Program-made: the position numbers and the translations under genes
The notes under the pieces: model-generated
The model's database searches: none
What the model was told of the DNA's origin: nothing
What the model saw: only the letters and a program-made list of their open reading frames with translations
Origin: a virus
DNA: 64,000 nt
Virus record (IMG/VR): IMGVR_UViG_3300045051_000531
Strand: one strand, 5' to 3'
Shown here: one piece after another, positions 41,784 through 51,243 of the stretch
How the letters are laid out: every line of letters begins with the position of its first letter
Numbering within the stretch: position 1 is the stretch's first letter

Positions 41784-44183
41784 GTGCTCATCAAGCGCGT
41801 CCAGATCAAGAACTTCACCATCCATAGGGATCTCGACCTGGTCTTCGGACCCGGGATCAATGGGATCGTCGGGACCAACGGGTCCGGGAAGTCATCCGTT
41901 CTGGACGCGATCCGATTCGCCATCACCGGTACCAGTATCGGTGATGGCGGCAAGACGGACAACGTCACGTTCGGCGAGACCCAGGGTCGCGTCGTCGTGC
42001 AATTCGAACACGGCGACTCCGCGTACACGATCAGGCGGGACTTCGGCAAGAAGAACGCCCAGATGCTCCAGAAGCCCGACGGGACCGTCATCGACAAGCT
42101 CGCCGAAATCGATGCGTTCATCGAAGGGCTCCTGGGCACCACGATCCAGTCGTTGCTGGAGAACGTCTTCGTGCCGCAAGGCGCCATCGAGAGCATCCTG
42201 TTCTCGACGACGACGAAGCGGCTCAAGGAGATCCAGCAGATCGTCGGGCTCCAGCGTGCCGCCGATGCCGAGAAGGCGTTGGGGGCCGAGCTCGGTCGAT
42301 ACAACGTGACCATCGGTTTGAAGGAGCAGCTCGATTCCGCTGAGGGTGCCCGCAAGGCATCCAAGGTGGCGTTGCAGTCCAAGGTGGACGAACTCGAGAA
42401 GCTCCGCGGTGACGTCGAAAAGCTCAGGGTGTCCGAGGCCTTCCTTAACGGAGTCCTCGCTGCCCAGGCCAACAACGGCGCCATCAAACAGGCCACGGCT
42501 CGCGTAAAGTCGACCGGGACCGATCTCAAGGAGGCCGAGGAGGCCAGGGAACGCGTCGCCGCAGATCTCAAGTTGGTCGAGGAGACCGTCGAAGCTCTGG
42601 CTCCGCTTGCTGAAACAGCGAGGAAGCAGATCATCACGGCGGAAGCTCACCGACACAACGCTGATCGTGTCAAAGAGCTCAAGAAGCAGCTCGAGGAGGC
42701 CCAGGCTGGACTCGTCAAGATTGGCGAGGCTCCTTCCGAGGAGGACGTCGCCAAGGCGGAGTCCAAGCATGGCACCATCGCTACGGCGCTGCGGACCAGA
42801 ACCGCACAGCTCAATGGAACCATGGCCAGACCGGAGATGCCCGGCGAGAAGGAGGCTTTAGAAGCCCAGGCCAAGGCCGAGGAGGCCTACAGGGAGCTCC
42901 GGAAGATCGACCCGACGGTCGATACCAAGGAGGACTACGCCCTGCTTGAGACCATCAAGCGGAAGGAAGCCGATCTGAAGACGTTCGAGTCGGGGACCTG
43001 TCCGACATGTCATCAGCCCGTTGCCAACTTCGATGTGGCCGCAGCGAAGGTCGAGATCGAGCAGCTCACTGTCAAACTGGTGGCGTCACGGACGGCGCGG
43101 CGTGGAGCCCACGAGGTCGCCGTTCAGGCCGCCATAGAAGCCAGGCGGCAGACCACGACGGCTGTCATGGCCATCGAGGATGCCGCTAAGTCGGCGTTGA
43201 AGAAGGTCGTTGAGAGACTGACTTCCGAGGAATCGGAGGCCAGGGCTCACCTGACGAGGTTGCAGGCACAGCTGTCCGCATGGAAGAACCTGACGAGCCG
43301 GGCGGACATGTTCCGCGGCCAGCTCGGTTCCGTGAAGGATGGTCCCCTGGACGATGTGGACACTTCGGCTCTGCAGAAGTGCGTCGACGATCACCAGACC
43401 GCGAAGCTCCGTTGTGCCGAGCTTCGCAACAGCCTTGGACACCATGTCCAGAGCGTAGGGAAGGCCAAGCAGGAGTACGATGGTGCCCGAGCTGCGCTGG
43501 AGCAGCTGGGCCGGTTAGCTGAGCTCCCGTCGGAAGAAGAGGTTGCCAAGGCCAAGCAGGATTGCGCGGCTCTGGCGACTCGTAGTGCCGAGTTCAGGGC
43601 GGCGTCAGACGACGTCTCCATGCTCGAGGTCCGCGAACAGCAGTACGCGGAAGCCGTTGCACGTCTGAAGCGTCAGATGGAAGCCGAAGCCAAGGATGCT
43701 GCTTGGGTCGGACTCGTGAAGCGCACCAGGGAAGCCCTGCACGTCAACGGGTTGCCATCGATGCTGATGCGGGAGTACGCAGCCGTCCTGAATCGGCGGA
43801 TGGCGTACTATCTCCGCCTCTGGGAAGCTCCGTTTGTTATGTCGCTCGATGATGACCTCGCCTTCGTGGCCGAGTTCAATGACGGCATGGTGCTGAGTGC
43901 CGGCAGATTGTCGGGTGGTCAGAAGATCGTAGGTGCGACGTCGTTCCGGTTCACCATGGCGGACACCTTCGCACGCCAGGTAGGCCTGCTCATCCTCGAT
44001 GAGCCCAGCAACTACCTGGACAAGGACAACGTGGTTCATCTCCAGCAGCTCCTGCTGAAGCTCAAGGATCTCGCCGGCTCGACCGGCAAACAGATCATCC
44101 TCGTTACTCACGAGGAATCGCTCAAGGGTTTCTTCGATCGTTCCATCGTCATCACATCAACCCCCGCACATGCGGAGGAGTAG
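41784..44183 (+). CDS. sbcC: Rad50/SbcC-like SMC ATPase
   Basis: GTNGSGKS, coiled coils with central CPTC hook, LSGGQ and LILDEPS. Confidence 0.92.
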   Translation: MLIKRVQIKNFTIHRDLDLVFGPGINGIVGTNGSGKSSVLDAIRFAITGTSIGDGGKTDNVTFGETQGRVVVQFEHGDSAYTIRRDFGKKNAQMLQKPDGTVIDKLAEIDAFIEGLLGTTIQSLLENVFVPQGAIESILFSTTTKRLKEIQQIVGLQRAADAEKALGAELGRYNVTIGLKEQLDSAEGARKASKVALQSKVDELEKLRGDVEKLRVSEAFLNGVLAAQANNGAIKQATARVKSTGTDLKEAEEARERVAADLKLVEETVEALAPLAETARKQIITAEAHRHNADRVKELKKQLEEAQAGLVKIGEAPSEEDVAKAESKHGTIATALRTRTAQLNGTMARPEMPGEKEALEAQAKAEEAYRELRKIDPTVDTKEDYALLETIKRKEADLKTFESGTCPTCHQPVANFDVAAAKVEIEQLTVKLVASRTARRGAHEVAVQAAIEARRQTTTAVMAIEDAAKSALKKVVERLTSEESEARAHLTRLQAQLSAWKNLTSRADMFRGQLGSVKDGPLDDVDTSALQKCVDDHQTAKLRCAELRNSLGHHVQSVGKAKQEYDGARAALEQLGRLAELPSEEEVAKAKQDCAALATRSAEFRAASDDVSMLEVREQQYAEAVARLKRQMEAEAKDAAWVGLVKRTREALHVNGLPSMLMREYAAVLNRRMAYYLRLWEAPFVMSLDDDLAFVAEFNDGMVLSAGRLSGGQKIVGATSFRFTMADTFARQVGLLILDEPSNYLDKDNVVHLQQLLLKLKDLAGSTGKQIILVTHEESLKGFFDRSIVITSTPAHAEE

Positions 44184-44186
44184 AAC

Positions 44187-44492
44187 ATGCCCACCGAACC
44201 CACCGGCCCCCTCGCCGACATCACCGTCCCGCCCGGCAACCAGGTCACCGTCAAGGCCAACGACGGCGTCGTCCGCGTGCTCGTCATGAAGAATGACGGC
44301 AGCGGCATGGTCGGCTACAAGGACCTCCCGGCCGGCGCCAAGGTCCAGGACGCCGTCGGCGACACCCGCAACGCGGAGATCCGCGTGAACGGCCAGCCCG
44401 CGGCGCCCACCGCTCCCCTGAAGGACGGCGACAAGGTCTCCGTCACCCCCAAGAACATCGAGGGCGCCCACGGCCGTCGGTTCTGGTTCTGA
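44187..44492 (+). CDS. ubiquitin-like beta-grasp protein (cassette 2)
   Basis: LPAGAKVQDAV...IRVNGQPA...LKDGDKVSV; ends NIEG-AHGRRFWF. Confidence 0.78.
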   Translation: MPTEPTGPLADITVPPGNQVTVKANDGVVRVLVMKNDGSGMVGYKDLPAGAKVQDAVGDTRNAEIRVNGQPAAPTAPLKDGDKVSVTPKNIEGAHGRRFWF

Positions 44493-44564
44493 TCCCACCG
44501 GTCTGAACAGCTCGGCCCCATCGGAGGCAACTCCGGTGGGGCCACCCATTTCCTGAAAGGACAT

Positions 44565-46607
44565 ATGCCAACAGTCAATCTCGACGCTCTTCCGGCCGAT
44601 CCTCCGGTGGCCGGTAAAGAACCGAAGAAGGAGCTCACGCCTGAGCGGATCGCCAAGTTTCGTACCGCAGCCGACATGCTGGAAAAGATGTATGCGATAA
44701 CCACGGTCGATATGGTGACCAAGCTGCGAGATGAGATGATCGATAAGGCTCGTACCATGGAGTCGGTTTCAAACCGGGTTCGAGAGAACGTCGTGCAGAT
44801 ATTCGAGAAGATGACCGAGATCATGCGGTATCGTCGTGTCGGAGCCGCAGAGGCGCTGCGGGAAATCCGGACAGACACCAATCTGTATGAGCGAATCAAA
44901 CACACTGGTATCGGGATCCCGAGAATCCATGAAATGGCCGGGCAGGTCGATGCCGACATCGAGGCGCTGTTCTCCGGCAACGTCGACAACAATTTGGCCG
45001 AGTTCCAGAACCCGGCAACACGGGCCGGGGTCAAGCTGAACGGAGACCATTTCTTCAGGGAGCTCTGCGCGGTCTATACCAGTCCAGATTTCCTGGATCT
45101 CCGAGTCGTACTGCCTGGTGATCAGGAGTTCGCGAAGGGGACCAGTAAGGGGAACCGTTGGGATGGCATGCCACGCCTCGTGGCTGTTACGCGAAGCATC
45201 ACGATCAACGATCAGGACGGGGATCCCGTCGAGTTCCCGCCGTGGCAGCTCGAGTTCCCACTTGATTCGAAAGCCGCTGGTCTCCGCGATCTCGCAGAAG
45301 CCGATATGACCTATTCGGTGCGGTTGTCTGTTGCGGCTGGTCGTGAACCCAACACGCGCCGCGGCGGAACCATGTGGCATCCGCACGTCCAGCAGGGGGG
45401 TCAGGTGTGCGGTGGAACCGCCGCCGGTCCCGGCAACGTCTCGTTGAGGAACGGGCAGATATCCGACACGTTCTTCGTGTTCTTCCAGCTCCTGAGCTCG
45501 TATAACCACGAGGGCGATTTCAACGATCTCAGGCACTGGAGTCCGACCAAGGTCCGGTGTTCGGCGTGCAACGGGCGAATCAAGCCTGGCGAGGACCGCG
45601 TCGTTATCAACGATGGCCGGATGACGCTGCACAAGACCTGTGCGGTGGAGTACGAGGGTCACTACTACCATCCGCGCGACATGTACCGGTGCCCGCTCTG
45701 CGGATCCGCCGGTCCGACCGGTCCGACGCGGCGCATCTTCAACGGGAACCTGTGCTGCGTGAAGTGCGTGGACGGCTTCAAGCAGGAGGCCGAGGCTGCT
45801 GCAGCTGGTGAGTACCTCTGTCACAGCTGCCGTACCAAGTTCCCACGCGATCAGGCCGTCAATGCTCAGGTTCCGGTGCGAAACGGCTGGACCTTCTGCA
45901 CGAGCTGTCTGACTCCGACGGATGCAGTCGGTGACGCCGGTGAAAAGATGTTCCGGTTCCAGGCGAACGGCAACCTGCTCTCTACACTGGCTCCTCAGTT
46001 CAGGAATAACAGGCCGACCCCGAAGATCCGGGAAGCGGTGATGTGTGCGTGCGGAGCCTGGGCTCCCAAGGAGGAGGTCCGCGATGACTTCTTCAGGATC
46101 GCCAAGTGCTGTCCGGTCTGCGATCCCGGTGGTCTCCAGTTCTCTCAGGCTTTCCTCAGGGACGTCGCGTACCTCGAGGGCTGGATCCAGAACTTCTGGG
46201 CCATGTTGCTGGATGACGTCACCAAGGAGTACGTGACTCCGATGTCGTTCCTGGCGAACGAGACCCCGCTTGCCGAAGCGGTCGAGATCGTGAAGCGGCT
46301 CCGCCTCGTCGAGCTCGGACAGCTCAACATGCCGCCGATCATGCAGCTGTTCCTGAAGGAATACTGCGCTGCCGTTAACCAGCTCATCGATGGTGTCAGC
46401 AGGCAGCCCCTGCTGGTACTGACCGCATCCACCGAAGAGGAAGCTTTCTACAATGCCGAAATCCACAAGCGAACCGGTCGTGACGTCCGGGACGCAGATC
46501 GTGCCCCCGGAAACGACACCGTCGGTGTTGACCTCGCCGCAGTCGTCAACGACGACGTCCACGACCCCGATGACGGGGGCGACGGTGACCCCGACGCCGA
46601 CGCATAA
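44565..46607 (+). CDS. prokaryotic E2-like protein with multiple Zn-finger-like Cys motifs (cassette 2)
   Basis: WHPHVQQGGQVCGG...LLSSYN, followed by several CxxC pairs. Confidence 0.65.
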   Translation: MPTVNLDALPADPPVAGKEPKKELTPERIAKFRTAADMLEKMYAITTVDMVTKLRDEMIDKARTMESVSNRVRENVVQIFEKMTEIMRYRRVGAAEALREIRTDTNLYERIKHTGIGIPRIHEMAGQVDADIEALFSGNVDNNLAEFQNPATRAGVKLNGDHFFRELCAVYTSPDFLDLRVVLPGDQEFAKGTSKGNRWDGMPRLVAVTRSITINDQDGDPVEFPPWQLEFPLDSKAAGLRDLAEADMTYSVRLSVAAGREPNTRRGGTMWHPHVQQGGQVCGGTAAGPGNVSLRNGQISDTFFVFFQLLSSYNHEGDFNDLRHWSPTKVRCSACNGRIKPGEDRVVINDGRMTLHKTCAVEYEGHYYHPRDMYRCPLCGSAGPTGPTRRIFNGNLCCVKCVDGFKQEAEAAAAGEYLCHSCRTKFPRDQAVNAQVPVRNGWTFCTSCLTPTDAVGDAGEKMFRFQANGNLLSTLAPQFRNNRPTPKIREAVMCACGAWAPKEEVRDDFFRIAKCCPVCDPGGLQFSQAFLRDVAYLEGWIQNFWAMLLDDVTKEYVTPMSFLANETPLAEAVEIVKRLRLVELGQLNMPPIMQLFLKEYCAAVNQLIDGVSRQPLLVLTASTEEEAFYNAEIHKRTGRDVRDADRAPGNDTVGVDLAAVVNDDVHDPDDGGDGDPDADA

Positions 46608-48504
46608 GGCGGGTTCCAAGATCGATCTCAGGACGGGGACCACGATCCCGCCGACGGTGGCCCCCGACAAGTACAAGCAGGAGGAAAAGCTCCGGCCGAT
46701 CGTGGTGAAGGCTCCGTTGCTGGAGCCGCTCGCCACGACCAAGCTGCAGTTCAGCCCCTACGCGTGGGCCAAGCTGAAGTTCATGTGCGCCTCGGTGAGC
46801 ACCGAGATCGGCGGCATGGCGATCTCGGATCTCGAGGACCCTCTCTTGATCGTCGATATCGCGATCCCGAAGCAGGTCGTCAATGCGGCTTATGTCCGGT
46901 TCGATGACACCGCGTACGCCGATCTGATGTTCGAGCTCTGCGATCCGGATGGTGAGTACAAGTTCCAGCCGGTGCAGTGCCAGCGCATCTGGATCCACAC
47001 GCACCCGGGTACGAGTCCGTACCCGAGCGGGGTCGACGAGGCCACGTTCGCGCGGACCTGGGGGGCCTGTGACTGGGCCGTCATGTTCATCCTGGCCAAG
47101 GGTGGCGAGTTCTACGCCAGGCTGGAGGAGCGGCACCAGAACGGTCTGTGCACGGTGCACAAGCTGGATGCTCTGGTGCGCTGGGAGCTCCCGTTCCCGG
47201 CGGCGGATCACGAGGCCTGGGCGACCACGATCCGGGCGAACGTCCAGGAATCCTACTTCATGGCCTACGACTATGGCGCGCGCAACCCGCTGTGGGCGCA
47301 GGGGGTCGATGCCGTCAGGAGGCCGAAAAGTTACGCGCCGGCGGCAACGCCGGGGACGCAAGCCCAAGGCACGGGGTACCGCGGCGGATACGACGGACGA
47401 GGGTACGACGGGTACTACGAGGGGGATGACTGGTTCATGAGGGAATACGGCTACGCGCCTCCGCCACCCGCTGGGGCGCCGTTGCCGAAGACCCCCGAGG
47501 AGAAACGGTTCGACCATGAAGCCAATCGGGACGACCCCGTTGGTTTCCGCGTTCTCCAGGCGCCCAAGGGGTGGTTCCCCAAGGTGTCAGCGATCATGCA
47601 GGCCGGCAGGGCCAAGCTGACGCTGTTCGAGTTCAGGTACCACGACCTCCTGTACTACCTGGACTCCTACGCGCAGAACATCCTGGCCAACAACGTCAAG
47701 GCCAAGGATCTCACGCACGCGATCCGGCAGAACCTCGAGGAAAACGACATCAAGATCACCGGTGAGGACGTCAATGGTGACGTCATCGTGAGCTACACCG
47801 ACAAGGACAGCAAGGTCAGCTACACCGGGCACCCCAAGGGGCTGCTGCGGTTCGGTGAGTACGTCGGCGACAAGGTCCGGTTCGATGTCGAAGACGACCT
47901 CAAGGTCGCCGAGGCCGTCCTGAAGCGGGTCGCCGAGTTCAGGAACCCGCTGATGTCGGATCTCGTCACGTACACGGACACCGCCGGGAATCCGGTGGAT
48001 AGCCTGTACCCGTGGGTCCTCATGGATGGCACCACGGTGATCTGGCTGACGACCGCCGAGATCGAGATGCTCTCGGACGTCAGGTCCGGGCATCTCAGCG
48101 CGGCCAGGTTGGAATACGATCTCTGGCAGTACAGCCAGGAAGTCGCCGTTGAGAACAAGCAGGCGGAACGGGACCAGCTGTCCGACGAGGACCAGTGCTT
48201 GCTGGAGACCTTCGAGTTCGCCATGGCGGTCACCGAAGGGAACCGGATCAACGAAAACATGTTCGACGTCACCAAGGTCGAGAACGGGTTCGCGAACCTG
48301 CTCAAGGGCGCCAAGACCGGCGGCTGGGGTGATGTCTGCGTGAAGGTCCTCAACGCGTTCCGGCGTCACGGCTATGACTGCCACAAGGCGGCGGCCGATC
48401 TGAACATCGTGCTCCAGGATCCCGATCAGGAGAAGACGCGTGAGCTCGCCCAGGTGCAGCCCACGGTCGATGAAGCCAACACAGCACTGAAACGCGAGGA
48501 ATAA
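46453..48504 (+). CDS. JAB/MPN+ metallopeptidase with long C-terminal extension (cassette 2)
   Basis: EIGG and HTHPGTSPYPSGVD. The start is uncertain (155-nt overlap with the upstream gene). Confidence 0.82.
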   Translation: MPKSTSEPVVTSGTQIVPPETTPSVLTSPQSSTTTSTTPMTGATVTPTPTHKAGSKIDLRTGTTIPPTVAPDKYKQEEKLRPIVVKAPLLEPLATTKLQFSPYAWAKLKFMCASVSTEIGGMAISDLEDPLLIVDIAIPKQVVNAAYVRFDDTAYADLMFELCDPDGEYKFQPVQCQRIWIHTHPGTSPYPSGVDEATFARTWGACDWAVMFILAKGGEFYARLEERHQNGLCTVHKLDALVRWELPFPAADHEAWATTIRANVQESYFMAYDYGARNPLWAQGVDAVRRPKSYAPAATPGTQAQGTGYRGGYDGRGYDGYYEGDDWFMREYGYAPPPPAGAPLPKTPEEKRFDHEANRDDPVGFRVLQAPKGWFPKVSAIMQAGRAKLTLFEFRYHDLLYYLDSYAQNILANNVKAKDLTHAIRQNLEENDIKITGEDVNGDVIVSYTDKDSKVSYTGHPKGLLRFGEYVGDKVRFDVEDDLKVAEAVLKRVAEFRNPLMSDLVTYTDTAGNPVDSLYPWVLMDGTTVIWLTTAEIEMLSDVRSGHLSAARLEYDLWQYSQEVAVENKQAERDQLSDEDQCLLETFEFAMAVTEGNRINENMFDVTKVENGFANLLKGAKTGGWGDVCVKVLNAFRRHGYDCHKAAADLNIVLQDPDQEKTRELAQVQPTVDEANTALKREE

Positions 48505-49184
48505 TGACCGAAGCCGCAACCGCCGCTGCCCCCGCCGTGCCTGTCCGGTTCAGCCGGCAGGCCGGCATCCTGCCCACCGAGGGTCTGTTCACCCACCGCG
48601 TCGTCGTCGCTGGCGTCGGCGCCGTGGGTGGCCAGCTCGTCCGCCAGCTCGTCCTGTGCGGACAGCGGGATGTCACGTTCTACGATCACGACGACGTCGA
48701 GGAGGCCAACCTGTACCCGCAGGGCTGGGCGGAGAGCGATCTCGGGAAGTCCAAGGCTGTGGCGTTGAACGACGCCCTGCTGGCGACGGGGCGCAAGGCC
48801 ACGATCAACGCGGTCCCGACCCAGGTTCCCTACGATGGCGTCGAGGCCGATGTCATGTTCCTCTGTGTGGATTCCATCCACACCAGGAAGCTGCTCTTCG
48901 AGGCCTACAAGCACAAGGTCAAGCTGATCGTCGACACCCGGGTCGCTGCTGACACGATCCGCGTTCTCATCGCTTGCGATGAGATCGGGTGGGACTACTA
49001 CAGTTCCACGATCTTCGACGCCAAGGACCGCTTCGACGGTGGCTGCACGACCAAGATGACCCTGCATCACGCCAACCTGGCGGCAGGTCTCGCGGTCCAG
49101 CAGTACTCCCTCTGGATGCGGAAGATCCCGCTGATGAAGGACATCCTGATGAACCTCGTCGCCATGGAGATGTCCTCGAAATGA
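48504..49184 (+). CDS. ThiF/E1-like activating enzyme (cassette 2)
   Basis: VAGVGAVGG, DHDDVEEANLYPQ, VDTRV and a C-terminal Cys (GGCTTK). Confidence 0.88.
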   Translation: MTEAATAAAPAVPVRFSRQAGILPTEGLFTHRVVVAGVGAVGGQLVRQLVLCGQRDVTFYDHDDVEEANLYPQGWAESDLGKSKAVALNDALLATGRKATINAVPTQVPYDGVEADVMFLCVDSIHTRKLLFEAYKHKVKLIVDTRVAADTIRVLIACDEIGWDYYSSTIFDAKDRFDGGCTTKMTLHHANLAAGLAVQQYSLWMRKIPLMKDILMNLVAMEMSSK

Positions 49185-50671
49185 CCGTTGAGTTGGCGTA
49201 CCTGGGCCGTGCTCTGAGGCTGTCACCAGCCGTGTACGGCGAGCTGTTCCACGACACCTGTACGGTGATCCGCATGGAAAATGTCGTGGAATGGAAAACA
49301 GAACGGGACGCCATGACCGGCGAGGAGCGCACCTACCCGGTTCGCACCAGGAAGCCGGTGCCGGTGCCCCTGTTCTGGTACGCCGACGGTAAGGATGACA
49401 GCAAGTTCTTCTGCACCTACGCGGGGTACGGACCTCGACTCGAAGCCATGCTGCGGAGGCAGGGGCTCGAAGTCGAGGTCCGGGACCTCGTCTCGGACGG
49501 ACTCCCGGCGCCCGATCTGACCAAGATCGCGGATGTCGTCTGGAGGCCCAAGCAGGCCGCGGTGTTCGCCAGGCTGTTGGCGCACAAGCGGGGTCGCATC
49601 GTGTGCCCGACGGCATTCGGGAAGACCTACATCGCGAAGCAGCTCGCCAAGGTGTACCCGAAGTCGGAGATCATCCTGACGGTGCCCTATCAGGACGTCG
49701 CCAAGGACATCTACAAAGATCTCGTCATGCAGCTCGGTCCGCAAACCGTGGGGCTTGTCGGTGCCGGGAAAATGAACCCGAAGCGGCTCACGGTCGCCGT
49801 GAGCCACTCCCTGCACCACTGCCCCAAGGACGCCAGCATCATCCTGGCCGATGAGTGCCACGCCCTGATGACGGACCACTTCATCAAGCTGCTGAACCGA
49901 TTTTATCGGGCCCGGTTATTCGGGTTCACGGCGACGCCGAAGGGTCGCAGTGATCGGGCCGATGCGCTCGGTGAGGCCGTGTTTGGACCTGTGCTGGTGG
50001 ACATCTCGTACCAGGAAGGCGTCGACGCCGGCAACATCGTACCCATCAAGGTCCGCATGTTCCGGTCCGAGGTCGGACCCGATGTCGCCGCGGTGGCCGA
50101 CAAGAACAAGGCCAAGGCCGACAGGCTCGGGCTCTGGCTCAACATGGCTCGAAACGGACTCATCGCGAAAAGTGTCCGCGCGGTCGAAAAGGAACTCGGG
50201 CCTGACGCCCAGATCCTCGTGGTCGTCGACAAGACCGAGCACGCCTACGCCATGGGGCAGTTGCTCCCGGACTACGCCGTGGTCAGCGGGGAACCCACCC
50301 CGGATCGCGTCAAGCAGATGCTGAAGCGTGGCGCCATGCTGCCCACGCAGGCGATCTGTACGCAGGCCATGCGGGATCACTACCGGACCGAGTTCGAGGC
50401 GAACCGGCTCAAGCGGGTGATCTGCACCAAGGTCTGGCGACAGGGCGTCGACTTCCGCGATCTGGCCTGCTTGGTCCGAGCTGATGGGACCGCGAGTCCC
50501 ATCGACTCAGGCCAGGTGCCCGGTCGACTCTCCCGACTCGGTAGGGAGACCGAGAAGAGCCACGGGCTCCTCTTGGATTTCTATGACACGTTCAGCTCCA
50601 ACCTGGAGTCCAGGTCCAAGCAGCGCGTCACCGTGTACCGGAAGAACAAGTGGTCGATCGAGAACAGGTAA
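49181..50671 (+). CDS. SF2 DExD/H helicase (UvsW-like)
   Basis: PTAFGKT, LADECH, TATP, QGVDF and QVPGRLSR. Confidence 0.9.
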   Translation: MTVELAYLGRALRLSPAVYGELFHDTCTVIRMENVVEWKTERDAMTGEERTYPVRTRKPVPVPLFWYADGKDDSKFFCTYAGYGPRLEAMLRRQGLEVEVRDLVSDGLPAPDLTKIADVVWRPKQAAVFARLLAHKRGRIVCPTAFGKTYIAKQLAKVYPKSEIILTVPYQDVAKDIYKDLVMQLGPQTVGLVGAGKMNPKRLTVAVSHSLHHCPKDASIILADECHALMTDHFIKLLNRFYRARLFGFTATPKGRSDRADALGEAVFGPVLVDISYQEGVDAGNIVPIKVRMFRSEVGPDVAAVADKNKAKADRLGLWLNMARNGLIAKSVRAVEKELGPDAQILVVVDKTEHAYAMGQLLPDYAVVSGEPTPDRVKQMLKRGAMLPTQAICTQAMRDHYRTEFEANRLKRVICTKVWRQGVDFRDLACLVRADGTASPIDSGQVPGRLSRLGRETEKSHGLLLDFYDTFSSNLESRSKQRVTVYRKNKWSIENR

Positions 50672-51243
50672 ACCCGTTCTATCGGTTGGATGTCGTGGAC
50701 GCCGACGGTTCCCATCACGTCGCAGACCGCGAGACCGCTGAGCTCGCGTTCCGTATTTTACGGCAATACGAGGCCATGCGGCCGATCTACGTTCCTGGTA
50801 TCGCGCGGGTCTCGAAGACGCATTACCCCGTGTTTTACCGTGCCGCTGAGCTCTGTAAGCGTCGCGGCATGACAGCTGAAGCCTTCGTGAAGACGCAGCT
50901 CGAAGGCATGGCGATGCTCGGCACGTTCTGGCCGTCAGCCATCGCTTCAGAAAAGTTCGAACGAACCCTGACGGACCACAACAGATCGGGGGTTCGTTCC
51001 GCGAGGCACTACCTGAGCCAGTTGCACATCTTCGCGGAGCGCAGTAGACTTGATGGTCCTCACCTCGTCCTAGCAGACGACACGATCCAGTTCACACCGC
51101 TCTTCCGAGCGGTCATGGCAGCCAAGTACGACCTCGACGACATCGTCGAGGCCAACAGAACTGCCGCCCTCCGTGAGCTGGAAGGTGTCCCTCTCGCTAA
51201 GGAGATTTTCAAAGGGATGTTGGAGTTCCTCGATGCGAAATGA
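50650..51243 (+). CDS. hypothetical protein
   Basis: 197 aa within the replication operon. Confidence 0.55.
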   Translation: MVDREQVNPFYRLDVVDADGSHHVADRETAELAFRILRQYEAMRPIYVPGIARVSKTHYPVFYRAAELCKRRGMTAEAFVKTQLEGMAMLGTFWPSAIASEKFERTLTDHNRSGVRSARHYLSQLHIFAERSRLDGPHLVLADDTIQFTPLFRAVMAAKYDLDDIVEANRTAALRELEGVPLAKEIFKGMLEFLDAK

